A stretch of 64,000 nt of DNA, from NCBI GenBank assembly GCA_963789955.1, contig CAWBMV010000001.1:576001-640000 (forward strand), given 5' to 3'. Shown one piece after another: positions 33,710-43,732 of this stretch. The translations under genes were made by a program, and so were the position numbers. This DNA comes from an uncultured Candidatus Rokubacteria bacterium (GTDB lineage Bacteria > Methylomirabilota > Methylomirabilia > Rokubacteriales > CSP1-6). Below the pieces are notes generated by a model, which saw only the letters and a program-made list of their open reading frames with translations, made no database searches and was not told the DNA's origin. The number at the start of each line of letters is the position of its first letter. Position 1 is the stretch's first letter.

Positions 33710-34693
33710 ATGCGGCCACGTACCCGGAAAACGGGTCTTTTCGCCGTTGTCACGCTCGCGATCCTTCTCGCCACCGTGCTGCACGCGGCGGCGCCCGCTC
33801 GCACCGTCAAGATCGCCGTGCTGACTCCTGGACTCAGCTTCGGCGAGGTGCTGGCGGGATTTCGCGACGGGCTCAGTCAGCTCGGCTATCGAGAGCACGT
33901 CAACCTGACCCTGGTCGTCGAGGACACGAAGGGCACAGGATCGGACGTGAAGGCGCAGGCCCAGACCTTGGTCGCCGGCAAGCCCGACGTGCTCGTCACG
34001 GTCGGCACCTCTCACACGGTCGCAGCCAAGATGGCGACGACGAGCATTCCGATCGTCTTCACGTGGGTCGGCGATCCCGTCCGCTCCGGGCTGGTCGCGA
34101 GCTACACGTCCTCCGGGAACAATCTCACCGGCCTGTCCGTGTACTCGGGGCCGCTTTCCGGCAAGCGGCTCGAGATCCTGAAGGAGATCGCGCCCGACTC
34201 CCGGCGCGTCCTGTGCCTGGTCGCCAAGGAGAGCATCGCCGAGATCAGCTTCACCCTGGCGCAGAAGACGGCCGATCAGCTCGGGTTGACCTTGATCCGG
34301 CGCGACGTCGCCAGCCGCGACGACATCGTGCGCGAGCTGGGTGCCCTGCCCAAGGGCGCGTTCGACGCGATCTATCACGTGCCCTCCGGTCTCGTGACCG
34401 CGCACATCGGGCTACTCATCGCGCGCGCGCGCGAGGACAAGGTCGCCCTGATGGCGCACGAGGACGAGCTGGTCGCGGCCGGCGCGCTCGCCTCGTATGG
34501 CGCGAACTATCGGCGCATGGGCCAGCAAACCGCGCGCGTCGTCGATCGCGTGCTTGCGGGTGTCGCGCCGACCGAGATCCCGATCCAGATTCCCGACAAG
34601 CTGACGCTTGCCATCAACCTCGTCACGGCGCGCACGATCGGGTTGAAGCCGCCGCTGGCGCTCCTCGAGCGCGCCGAGCGCATCGTCGAGTAG
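33710..34693 (+). CDS. ABC_sub_bind family periplasmic binding protein
   Basis: IPIVF, DPVRSGLV, GNNLTG, KRLEILKE, INLVTARTIG. Confidence 0.88.
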   Translation: MRPRTRKTGLFAVVTLAILLATVLHAAAPARTVKIAVLTPGLSFGEVLAGFRDGLSQLGYREHVNLTLVVEDTKGTGSDVKAQAQTLVAGKPDVLVTVGTSHTVAAKMATTSIPIVFTWVGDPVRSGLVASYTSSGNNLTGLSVYSGPLSGKRLEILKEIAPDSRRVLCLVAKESIAEISFTLAQKTADQLGLTLIRRDVASRDDIVRELGALPKGAFDAIYHVPSGLVTAHIGLLIARAREDKVALMAHEDELVAAGALASYGANYRRMGQQTARVVDRVLAGVAPTEIPIQIPDKLTLAINLVTARTIGLKPPLALLERAERIVE

Positions 34694-34706
34694 CTCCGCC
34701 GCGCCG

Positions 34707-37430
34707 ATGCTCCCCGCGCTCGGCCTTCCTCTCGGAACCCTGCGCCGCCGACTCTTCCTGCTGCTGGCGGCCACGAGCGTCATCGGCATCGTGGGTGTCA
34801 ACCTCATCTGGCTGCCCGGCGCCGTGCGGGATGTGCACGCGGCCCGGAGCGAGCTCCAGCTGGTCGCGGTCGGCGGCGTGCGGGATCAGATCGATCTCTT
34901 CCTCGCCGACAAGGAGGAGGCGCTGACGACGGTCGCGCAGCTGTTCCGCGCCGCCGTCATCGACGGTGACCCGAAGAGCGTCGCGATCGTGGGCCAGCGG
35001 TTTCTCGCGCGCGAGCGCGCCTTCGAGGAGATCGGCGTGTTCGAGCCCCCGCGCACGTGGCGCTACCGTCTGTCGCGCCGCGAGGTGATGTCGATCTCGT
35101 CAGCCGACTCGCCCCCGGCGCTCGACGCGATGCCGCCGGCGAACGGCGTCGCCTGGGGCGCGGTGACCACGACCGAGACGTCCGAACCGTGGCTGACGGT
35201 GGCCGCGCCGCTCTCCGGCGCCGCCGAGGGCCGGCTCCTCGTCGTCGGCGTCCTCAACCTCAAGGATCTCTGGTCGCTGATCGCCGACGTCCGGCTCGGG
35301 CAGGGGGGACGCGCGTACGTCGTCGATCGCCGCGGCGGGCTCATCGCGGCCGACGACGTCAACCTGGTGCTCAAGCGGCTGTCGCTGAGCCATCGGCCGT
35401 TCGTGGTGACCCTGCTCGAGCAGGATCACCCGAGTGGCGTCACCGGCTCCTACACGAACGAGCGCGGCGTCGACGCCATGGCGACGGGGCTGCGCGTCGA
35501 CCGCGTGGGCTGGGGCGCGGTCGTCGAGCACCCGCGCGCGATCGTGACGGCGGCGGTCGGCCGCAAGCTGTGGTTCTTCGCCGGGCTCACGGTGGTCGGC
35601 GTCCTGGTGAGCGCGGGGGCCGCGCACCTGGCGAGCGCACGCCTGACCCGGCCCCTCGAGCGGCTGCGGCAGGGCGTACAGCGTTTCGGCCACGGGGAGC
35701 TCGACCACCGCGTGCCGATCGAGACGGCCGACGAGATCGGCGAGCTGGCGCTGCAATTCAACCAGATGGCGACCGAGCTGGGCGCCTCGCACGCGCGACT
35801 CGAGGAGCGGATCCGCGACGCCACGCGCGACCTGGCGCGCCGGCAGCGCGAGGCCGAAGAGCTCGCTCGCGTCGCGCGGACCCTGACGGAAGACCTCGAC
35901 GTGCACCAGGTCGCCGATCGCGTCGTCCAGCCGATCCTGAAGCTCTTCGCCGTCCAGTCGTCCGTGCTGTGGCGGCGCGAAGCCGACGGCTCGCTGGTTG
36001 CCCTCGGGATCAGCGGCCGCGCCCGCGACGGATTCCGCCGCGGCGACGTCCTGCCGGCCGGCGCCTCGATGGCGGGACGGGCGGTCACCGAGGGCCGGGC
36101 GGTCTGGACGAGCGACATCCTGGCGGAGCCCGGCCTCGTGCTGCCGCGGGCGCAGCGCACGCGGGTGCAGACCTCCGGAGACCGCGCCGTCCTGTGCGTG
36201 CCGGTCGCGGTCGGCGCGCGAACGATCGGCGTACTCTCGCTCGGCGACGGCTCCGTGCGCCAGTTCACCCACGACGAGATGAGCTTGTTGCAGGCCTTCG
36301 CCGACCAGGCGGCCATCGCGCTCCAGAACGCGAGCCTCTACGCCGAGTCGCAGACCCAGCGGATCCAGCTGACCCAGATCCTCGAGTCGACCTCCGACGG
36401 CGTGCTGTTCGTCGGTCCCGACGGCCGTATCCAGGCGGCCAACCGGCGTGTCGGCGAGCTGCTCGGGCTCGAGGCGACGCCGATCGTCGGGAGCGAGCTC
36501 GGCGAGATGCTCCGCCGCGAGTGCTCGACGGTGTCGACCGAACGTCTCTTGCTGGCGTGCGCCGGCGGACTCGGCGCGGCCCCGGCCGAGGGGACCAGCG
36601 GTGATCTCGATGTGCCGAGCCTCAACCGGGTGCTGCACTGGGAGGCGCGCGCCACACGGGACGCCGCGGGCCGTACGACCGGCCTGACGATCACGGTGCA
36701 CGACGTGACGCAGGAGCGCGAGATCGCGCAGATGAAGAGCGACTTCGTCTCGTTCGCCACGCACCAGCTCCGCACGCCGCTGTCGGGGATCAAGTGGATG
36801 CTGGAGCTGGCGATGGACGAGCAGGCCGTCCCGGACGGCGCGGCCAGCTATATGAAGGACGCGCTCGGCGCGTCACAGCGCCTGATCCAGCTCGTCAACG
36901 ATCTGCTCGACATCTCGCGGCTCGAGAGCGGCCGGATGAAGGCGACGCCGCAGCTCGTCGACCTGGTGGAGCTGACGCGCACCGTGCTCACCGATTTGAA
37001 GCTGCAGCTCGACGAGAAGGGCCATCGGATGACCCTGGAGACGTCCGGCGATGCGCTCGCGGTGTTCGCCGATCCGCAGCTCCTGCGCCAGGTCGTGCTC
37101 AACTTCACCTCGAACGCGATCAAGTATTCGCCGCGCCACGGCGACATCCGGGTGGCCCTGACAGGTGAGCAGGATGTCGTGCGCTGGCTGATCAAGGACA
37201 CCGGGATCGGCATCCCCAAGGAGAGCCAGCGGCACCTGTTCGAGAAGTTCTACCGCGCCGACAACGTCGCCGCGCTCGAGACCGACGGGACGGGCCTCGG
37301 TCTCTACCTGGTGCGGCTGATCGTCGAGCAGATCGGCGGCCACGTCGGCTGCGAGTCGGAGGAAGGCCGCGGCGCGACGTTCTATTTCACCGTGCCGCGC
37401 GCCCAGACGTCCTCGCCCGCATCGCGATAA
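34707..37430 (+). CDS. Sensor histidine kinase (Cache-HAMP-GAF-PAS-HisKA-HATPase)
   Basis: Two TMs, DEIGELALQFNQM, FADQAAIALQNA, HQLRTPL, NAIKY, DTGIGIP, GTGLGL. Confidence 0.92.
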   Translation: MLPALGLPLGTLRRRLFLLLAATSVIGIVGVNLIWLPGAVRDVHAARSELQLVAVGGVRDQIDLFLADKEEALTTVAQLFRAAVIDGDPKSVAIVGQRFLARERAFEEIGVFEPPRTWRYRLSRREVMSISSADSPPALDAMPPANGVAWGAVTTTETSEPWLTVAAPLSGAAEGRLLVVGVLNLKDLWSLIADVRLGQGGRAYVVDRRGGLIAADDVNLVLKRLSLSHRPFVVTLLEQDHPSGVTGSYTNERGVDAMATGLRVDRVGWGAVVEHPRAIVTAAVGRKLWFFAGLTVVGVLVSAGAAHLASARLTRPLERLRQGVQRFGHGELDHRVPIETADEIGELALQFNQMATELGASHARLEERIRDATRDLARRQREAEELARVARTLTEDLDVHQVADRVVQPILKLFAVQSSVLWRREADGSLVALGISGRARDGFRRGDVLPAGASMAGRAVTEGRAVWTSDILAEPGLVLPRAQRTRVQTSGDRAVLCVPVAVGARTIGVLSLGDGSVRQFTHDEMSLLQAFADQAAIALQNASLYAESQTQRIQLTQILESTSDGVLFVGPDGRIQAANRRVGELLGLEATPIVGSELGEMLRRECSTVSTERLLLACAGGLGAAPAEGTSGDLDVPSLNRVLHWEARATRDAAGRTTGLTITVHDVTQEREIAQMKSDFVSFATHQLRTPLSGIKWMLELAMDEQAVPDGAASYMKDALGASQRLIQLVNDLLDISRLESGRMKATPQLVDLVELTRTVLTDLKLQLDEKGHRMTLETSGDALAVFADPQLLRQVVLNFTSNAIKYSPRHGDIRVALTGEQDVVRWLIKDTGIGIPKESQRHLFEKFYRADNVAALETDGTGLGLYLVRLIVEQIGGHVGCESEEGRGATFYFTVPRAQTSSPASR

Positions 37431-37441
37431 GCTTCGGAGGC

Positions 37442-38212
37442 GTGGACGGTCTAGCGCTGAAGCTCGTGCTCACTCCCACCTTGATCGGCGCGGTCAGCCT
37501 GGCCGGACGTCGCTGGGGACCCGGCGTCAGCGGATGGCTCGTGGGATTTCCCCTCACGTCGGGGCCCGTCGCCTTCTTCCTGGCGCTCGACCAGGGTGTG
37601 GCGTTCGCCGCGGGTGCCGCGGCCGGCTCGATGACGGGCGCCGCGGCTCAGGCCGCGTTCTGTGTCGTCTATGGGCGCCGGGCGCGCGGACATCACTGGG
37701 CGGTGCCGCTCGTGGCCGGGAGCTTGGCGTTCGCGCTCGCGAGCGTGGCGCTCCAGCTCGTGACCCTGGCGCTGCTCCCGCTTCTGGCGCTCGTGGTCGG
37801 TGCGCTCGTCGTGGCGCTGCTCTTCATGCCGAGGGATGCCGACAGCCCGCGCCCGGCACAGAGACCCCGGTGGGACATCCCGGCCCGGATCGTCGTGACG
37901 ACGACGATCGTGCTGGTGCTGACCGGGCTCGCGACCGCGCTCGGGCCGTCACTCACGGGCCTGCTGGCGACGTACCCGCTCTACGGCGCCATCCTCTCGG
38001 GGTTCGCGCACCACCTCGAGGGGCCCGGGCCCGCCGTTCGCGTGCTGCGCGGGCTCTTGCTCGGCCTCTTCGCCTTCGCCGGCTTCTTCTTCGTGCTCGC
38101 GCTGCTGATCGAGCGGGCCGGCATCGCGCAGGCTTTCGCCGCGGCCATCGCGGCCGCGCTGGTTCTTCAGGCCGGAGCCCTCTGGGCCATGCGCCGGGAT
38201 TCTCCGGCTTGA
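37442..38212 (+). CDS. Uncharacterised multi-pass membrane protein
   Basis: Two internally similar halves (RRWGPGVSGWLVGFP / ALGPSLTGLLATYP). Confidence 0.75.
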   Translation: MDGLALKLVLTPTLIGAVSLAGRRWGPGVSGWLVGFPLTSGPVAFFLALDQGVAFAAGAAAGSMTGAAAQAAFCVVYGRRARGHHWAVPLVAGSLAFALASVALQLVTLALLPLLALVVGALVVALLFMPRDADSPRPAQRPRWDIPARIVVTTTIVLVLTGLATALGPSLTGLLATYPLYGAILSGFAHHLEGPGPAVRVLRGLLLGLFAFAGFFFVLALLIERAGIAQAFAAAIAAALVLQAGALWAMRRDSPA

Positions 38213-38333
38213 CCGACCGCCGGCCTGGCTAGCCGCGACCCGCCCGGCTCGCGGTACACTCCCGCCTGAGGACCGCATGAGGGTCCGGGCGACATTCGCG
38301 AGGATCACGAGGACTGTCATTGAGGAGGGGACG

Positions 38334-38801
38334 ATGATTCGACTCAACGGGATCGGTCATGTGCTGCTACGCGTGAGCGACGTGGAGCGGTCGCGGGCCT
38401 TCTACTCGACGATCCTCGGGCTCAAAGTCGTCGAGGAAGACCCCGAGCACGGCGGCGTCTTCATGGCGCTCGAGGGGCAGGGCCACACCGTGGATCTCTT
38501 CCCCGTGCAGAATCCGGCGACCGCACCGCGTCCGGTGCCGGGCGGCGTCGGCGTTCATCACGTCGCCTTCCACGTCGGAAGCGAAGCGGCGCTGGCGGAT
38601 GCCTACTTCACCCTGCAGGAGCACGGGATCCCGATCGTCCGCGCCGTGGATCACGTGAGCCAGAAGAGCATCTACTTTCACGATCCGGACGGCAACTACC
38701 TGGAGATCTACTTCGAGCTGCCGAACGCTCCCGAGCTCTTCCGCGAGGGGCGCCAGGATCGCGATCAGCCGCTGGTCTTCGAGAAGCGCGCCTCAGGCTG
38801 A
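38334..38801 (+). CDS. VOC/glyoxalase family protein
   Basis: IGHVLLRV, HHVAFHV, SIYFHDPDGNYLE; GAGGAG RBS. Confidence 0.88.
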   Translation: MIRLNGIGHVLLRVSDVERSRAFYSTILGLKVVEEDPEHGGVFMALEGQGHTVDLFPVQNPATAPRPVPGGVGVHHVAFHVGSEAALADAYFTLQEHGIPIVRAVDHVSQKSIYFHDPDGNYLEIYFELPNAPELFREGRQDRDQPLVFEKRASG

Positions 38802-38889
38802 GGGCGGATTTGTGGCCCGCGCGAGACGGGCGGACGCCGGGCAAGCGACTGCTCGCGCTGATGCCTGTGGACTGGTACGATCGCTGGCT

Positions 38890-39489
38890 GTGGTCACTCT
38901 AGCTCGCTGGTCCGTGGCGGTCGTTCTGGCACTGGTCGCCTTCGCGGTGAGCCCGGTGTCCAGTGACGCGCAGACCCCGGAGCTCGAGCGCTGGCTGGAC
39001 GGCTCTCAGCCCTTTTCGTTCGGGGTCGATACCTCGCGCTTCCGCGTCTCCACCCTGGGGACCAAGCCCTCCATCGGGACCGAAGACCCGGCGATCAGCA
39101 GCGTGCCGTATCGGCTCGTCGATTCGGATCTGCTCGGCACGGCGATGTCGTTCGACCTCAAGGTGCGCTGGCCGTCGTCCTCGGCGTCGGGAGCCCCCGC
39201 GCTGGGCTCGCTAGCGCCGTATCTCTCGTTCGGACCGACTCTCCTGGTCCCCGGTGCCGAGGGCGTGTCGCGGCCGGGCCAGCCTGTGGGCAGGAACGAC
39301 GGATCGATGGCGTTCGGTCTCAGCTGGGGCGCGGGGCTGTCGTGGCGGTTCGCGCACAACGCGGAGCTATTCGGGAGCTACCGGTTCATGCAGTTCGGTC
39401 GCGACAGCCTCTCGCGTGGCGACCGACCCTTCTCGGATTCCGAGCTCACCGGGCACGACTTCCTGTACGGCATCTCCGTTCGGTTCTGA
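38890..39489 (+). CDS. Outer-membrane beta-barrel protein
   Basis: Signal peptide, PYLSFG, alternating beta strands, terminal Phe (GISVRF). Confidence 0.72.
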   Translation: MVTLARWSVAVVLALVAFAVSPVSSDAQTPELERWLDGSQPFSFGVDTSRFRVSTLGTKPSIGTEDPAISSVPYRLVDSDLLGTAMSFDLKVRWPSSSASGAPALGSLAPYLSFGPTLLVPGAEGVSRPGQPVGRNDGSMAFGLSWGAGLSWRFAHNAELFGSYRFMQFGRDSLSRGDRPFSDSELTGHDFLYGISVRF

Positions 39490-39700
39490 TCCCGCTTCCG
39501 GGCCATCGCGGCGACCGGTGGCGCGCGCGCGAGTGAGTCGACATTGACGACGACCCGGAACTTTGCATGCCGACAAGCGTTGCGGGCTTACACTCGCCGC
39601 GATCTCTTTCGGTCTGCGCCCCGCCCGGTGCAAAGGCCGGGAATTCACGAACAGTGGCGACGCCGATCGGTTGAGCGTACCGACGGTGACTGAGAGTCGG

Positions 39701-41572
39701 ATGTCCCAAAAGATCGGGAAGTACGAAGTGATCGATCAGATCGGCCGCGGTGGCATGGGCACGATCTTCAGGGCTCGCGATCCGATCCTGGAGCGGTCAG
39801 TTGCGCTCAAGGTGATTTCGGACGTCGAGGTCACGCCCGAGCTGCGGTCGCGCTTCTTCCGCGAAGCCCAGGCCTGCGCGCGGATCACTCATCCAAACAT
39901 CGTCATCGTCCATGACATGGGAGAGGACGATGGGCGCCTGTTCATCGTGATGGAGCTACTCGATGGTGAGGAGCTAGGGCGGGTCATCGCGCGGCACGAG
40001 CAATTGAGCTTGCCGGAGAAGCTCGACATCGTGCGGCAGCTCTGCGACGGGCTGCACTTCGCCCACCAGAAAGGCGTCGTGCACCGCGACGTGAAGCCCG
40101 CCAACATCCTCCTGCTGCGCACGGGCCGGGTGAAAATCGTCGACTTCGGCATCGCGCAGCTCGCCGGGGCCGCTACCCAACGGGATCTCACGCGTGCCGG
40201 GATGATCATGGGCACGATCCGGTACATGGCTCCTGAGCAGGTGCGGGGGCACGCTGATCGCCGGTCGGACATCTTTTCGGTCGCGGCCGTGTCCTACGAG
40301 CTCTTCAGCGGGCGGCCACCGTTCTCAGGGAATGACCCACTGCAGATCCTCGAGCAGCTTCGGACGTCGACACCCCCGCGGCTGACGGAGGTGGATCCGA
40401 GCCTGCCGTCCGAGTTGGCCGACGTCATCGCTCGGGGAATCCAAAAGGAGCCCGAAGCGCGCTTCGCCGATCTCGGGCAGATGGGCCGAGAGCTCGAGCG
40501 TATCCAGCGCGAGCTTGCGGGCGAGGGTGAGCGCGTGGCCGCCACCGATCGCCACAGGTCCTTCGCGCGGGCGATCCCCGTTGCCGAGCCGCCCGTGCCA
40601 CCCGTTGCGATAACGCCACCCGCATCGGCGAGAGAACTCGCCGTGCCTGCCGGGCCGCCGCCAGAGATTGACCGCGGACGAGCGGCTGGCGCCGCGGCGG
40701 CTCGGCGTCTGCCTCGCGTCGCGATCGGCACCGGCGTCGCGCTTGCCGCAATCGTTGGCGTCACGCTCTATTGGTTGCTCCCGACCGTTCCTCGCAGCGC
40801 GGTCACGGAAACGCCGGCCGCTGTTTCGAATAGTGGAGTGGAGAAAGAGGCCACGGCAGAGCCACCGAAACGTTCAGGTCTCGCCCGCGACGAGGCGCCA
40901 CGCCCAACGGCCGAGAAGCCCGGTGAAGCGGAGCGGCCCCATCCCGTGGCACGCGCGGAGAAGCCGTCGGCATCCGTCGGGGCGTCGATCCCCGCAGCCT
41001 CGACGAGCAAATCGGAGCGCACGAGCGCCGCTCCCCTCGAGCGCGCTGAGACGAGCGACATCCGTGTGCTGGCCCCTGGAGCGCGTGGGGACGCCGAGCG
41101 AGCTCGGTCACGGATGACCGCCGCGAAGCAAGCGGCCGAGGGAGTTGCCGCGGGATTTTATACTCGCGCTCGCTTCGCCTCGGCTCAGAGCAAGGAGCGC
41201 GATGGTGTGGCGGCCATGGGTCGCGGAGAGTATGCCGCCGCCGGCAGCCTGTTCACGGAGGCGCAAGCCGAATACCAGGCCGCGCTGGCCGAGGCGCCGC
41301 GCGAGGAAGAAAAGGAGCGCCAGCTCGCGCTCCTGAGGTCCGGTCTCGATCAGGCACATGCGGCCGTGGCGGCACAGCGTCGACAAGCGCTGGCCGCGGA
41401 GGCGGATCAGCTCGCGCGCGACTCCTTCGACCAGGCGCAGGCCCGGCAAGTCGAGGGCGACGGCTTGGCGAGCCGCAAGGAGCTCGCGGCGGCTGCGCGG
41501 GCGTATCGGGATGCGGCCGAAGGCTACGCGGCCGCCGAACGCCGGGCTCGAGCCGCGCGCTCGGTCAAGTAA
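39701..41572 (+). CDS. Hanks-type Ser/Thr protein kinase with TM and helical extracytoplasmic domain
   Basis: GRGGMG, VALK, HRDVKPAN, DFG, YMAPE. Confidence 0.92.
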   Translation: MSQKIGKYEVIDQIGRGGMGTIFRARDPILERSVALKVISDVEVTPELRSRFFREAQACARITHPNIVIVHDMGEDDGRLFIVMELLDGEELGRVIARHEQLSLPEKLDIVRQLCDGLHFAHQKGVVHRDVKPANILLLRTGRVKIVDFGIAQLAGAATQRDLTRAGMIMGTIRYMAPEQVRGHADRRSDIFSVAAVSYELFSGRPPFSGNDPLQILEQLRTSTPPRLTEVDPSLPSELADVIARGIQKEPEARFADLGQMGRELERIQRELAGEGERVAATDRHRSFARAIPVAEPPVPPVAITPPASARELAVPAGPPPEIDRGRAAGAAAARRLPRVAIGTGVALAAIVGVTLYWLLPTVPRSAVTETPAAVSNSGVEKEATAEPPKRSGLARDEAPRPTAEKPGEAERPHPVARAEKPSASVGASIPAASTSKSERTSAAPLERAETSDIRVLAPGARGDAERARSRMTAAKQAAEGVAAGFYTRARFASAQSKERDGVAAMGRGEYAAAGSLFTEAQAEYQAALAEAPREEEKERQLALLRSGLDQAHAAVAAQRRQALAAEADQLARDSFDQAQARQVEGDGLASRKELAAAARAYRDAAEGYAAAERRARAARSVK

Positions 41573-41593
41573 CCCGAGACGAGCGCTAACCGT

Positions 41594-42055
41594 CTAGCGC
41601 GAGCGGCTCGGCGCGAAGACCCGTTCGATCTCGTCGAGATGCTCTCGCCGGTGCTCCGCGCGAACCAGACTGATCGGATTCCCCGCCGCGGCATTCGCCG
41701 CGATGTGCTGGTCGGACAGCGCTTCGACCCGGCGATCGGCCGCATCGGCGGCCGCGACCGCGAGTCGCGCGGCGTCACGCGGCGGTAGCGCCAGGCAGAG
41801 CGCCTTCGTCGAGTCGTTGATCCAGTCGACGTCCTTCTCGTCGATGGATCGCGGAGTCGAGCGCAGCCCTTCCTTCTCCCAGCGCTCGATCAGGACCAGG
41901 ATGCGCTCATCCCAGAACGCCAGGTGGGCGAGGACGGCGCCGACCGTCCACCCGGCGTCGAGCGGGCGGGCGAGATCGCCGTCGCTCAGGCGGTCGACGA
42001 GCGCGCGCAGGCGCGCGCGTTCGCGGTTGTTCTCGGCCACGTACGGACGATCCAT
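41594..42055 (-). CDS. DinB/MDMPI-like metal-binding protein
   Basis: WTVGAVLAHLAFWD, EHRREHLDEIE; GGGAGG RBS. Confidence 0.8.
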   Translation of the reverse strand: MDRPYVAENNRERARLRALVDRLSDGDLARPLDAGWTVGAVLAHLAFWDERILVLIERWEKEGLRSTPRSIDEKDVDWINDSTKALCLALPPRDAARLAVAAADAADRRVEALSDQHIAANAAAGNPISLVRAEHRREHLDEIERVFAPSRSR

Positions 42056-42200
42056 GTCAGCCTCCCGACGCTCTCGATAGCCGTCGGCTCCGACTCTACC
42101 CGAACCGCGTGCCGGCCGCGACCGGTTCGCACGCCCCGGCTTGACAAGCCTCGGGGCATGGGCGAATAGTGCCCGACGACCGAAACAGGGAGGCGCGCGC

Positions 42201-43184
42201 ATGGAACTTCGAAATCTCGGCAAGACGGGTCTCAGGGTCTCGACGCTCGGATTCGGCTGCGGCAACGTCGGCGGGCTCATCATCCGCGGCACGCCGGCCG
42301 AGCGCGAGCGCGCCGTCGCGAGGGCGATGGACCTCGGCGTCAACTACTTCGATACCGCGCCGTCGTACGGTGACGGCGAGTCCGAGAAGAACCTCGGCCA
42401 GGTCCTGAAGGCCCTGCGCGCGCGCGTGCAGGTCGGCACGAAGTTCCGTCTCGATCCTCCCGATCTTCACGACATCCCCGGCGCGGTCGCCCGTTCGCTC
42501 GACGCGAGCCTGCAGCGGCTCGGTATGGAGCGCGTCGATCTGTTTCAGCTCCACAATCGCATCGAGCCCGCGCGCGGCCGCAACGCCCTGAGCCTCGGCG
42601 ACGTTCTGAGCGAAGTCGTGCCGGCCGTGCAGAAGCTCCGGCAGCAGGGGAAGGTCGGGTTCTGCGGCATCACCGCGCTCGGCGAGACCCGCTCGCTGCA
42701 CCAGGCGATCGACGCGGGAACGATCGACACGGCGCAGGTCTGCTACAACCTGCTCAATCCAAGCGCCGGCACCGCGGTGCCGGCGGGCTTCCCCGCCCAG
42801 GATTTCGGCGGGCTCCTCAACCGCACCCGCGAGCGCCGCGTCGGCGTCGTCGTCATCCGCGTGCTCGCCGCCGGCGCGCTCAGCGGCGTCGAGACGCGGC
42901 ATCCGGTCGCGGTGCCCTCGGTGGATCCGATCGCGACCGCGCCGGACTATCGAACCGACGTGGCCACGGCGCAGAAGCTCGGCGCGCTCGTGCGGGAAGG
43001 GTACGTCGAGAACCTGGTCGAAGCGTCGATACGTCTGGCGGTGGGGTCGGATGCCGTGTCGACGATCCTGGTCGGCTACTCGAGCCTCGAGCATCTCGAA
43101 GCCGCTGCGGCGGCGGTCAATCGCGGGCCGCTTCCCGCCGCCGCGCTCGAGCGGCTCGGCGCGCTCTGGTCCGGGCTCGCCTAG
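42201..43184 (+). CDS. Aldo/keto reductase
   Basis: LGFGC, NYFDTAPSYGDGESE, SLQRLGMERVDLFQLH. Confidence 0.9.
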   Translation: MELRNLGKTGLRVSTLGFGCGNVGGLIIRGTPAERERAVARAMDLGVNYFDTAPSYGDGESEKNLGQVLKALRARVQVGTKFRLDPPDLHDIPGAVARSLDASLQRLGMERVDLFQLHNRIEPARGRNALSLGDVLSEVVPAVQKLRQQGKVGFCGITALGETRSLHQAIDAGTIDTAQVCYNLLNPSAGTAVPAGFPAQDFGGLLNRTRERRVGVVVIRVLAAGALSGVETRHPVAVPSVDPIATAPDYRTDVATAQKLGALVREGYVENLVEASIRLAVGSDAVSTILVGYSSLEHLEAAAAAVNRGPLPAAALERLGALWSGLA

Positions 43185-43600
43185 GCCCGGTTGACCCGCA
43201 CGATCGCCCAGCCGAACGCGCGTACGCGCGCGTCGACGTCGGGCCGCGCGCGCCGGCCGCGCGCGCGCCGCTCGACCATCCACGGCGACTCGTGCTGTCG
43301 GCGCTCGCCGCGTCGGCGGTCGAAGATCACCTCGGCCCAGTCGACATCGGAGAAGGCGCGCTGCAGATAGCCATGATAGCTACCCGCCTGACGGGAGACG
43401 ATGAAGAGGAGCCGGTGCCGCCACTGTTTCAGGACGTGGGTGACGTTGAGCACCCTGATGAGCTCGCCCAGGCTCGTGTGGATGACGCCGGCGTCGCCGC
43501 CGTTCGCGCGCATCACGGTGTCGATCTGCTCGACCCGCATGCGGCTCGTGCGTCCGTCCTGAGTCGTGAACTCGATCCATCGTCCGCCGGGATCGTCCAT
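43181..43600 (-). CDS. Hypothetical protein with C-terminal DRR/ERR-rich domain
   Basis: GGGGAG RBS; LLFIVSR...YLQRAF...VIFDRRRGERR...ERR...FGWAIVR. Confidence 0.65.
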   Translation of the reverse strand: MDDPGGRWIEFTTQDGRTSRMRVEQIDTVMRANGGDAGVIHTSLGELIRVLNVTHVLKQWRHRLLFIVSRQAGSYHGYLQRAFSDVDWAEVIFDRRRGERRQHESPWMVERRARGRRARPDVDARVRAFGWAIVRVNRA

Positions 43601-43732
43601 CGCGCTCCCCCCTGTGAAGAATGTTTCGGGGAGACACGCTAGCAATCAGGCTGTTCAGCCCACGAAGGAAATCGAAGACGCGAGAGGTTGTCGGCGCCGT
43701 CGCCGGCGGCTACCGGATCTGGTGGCCCGTCG

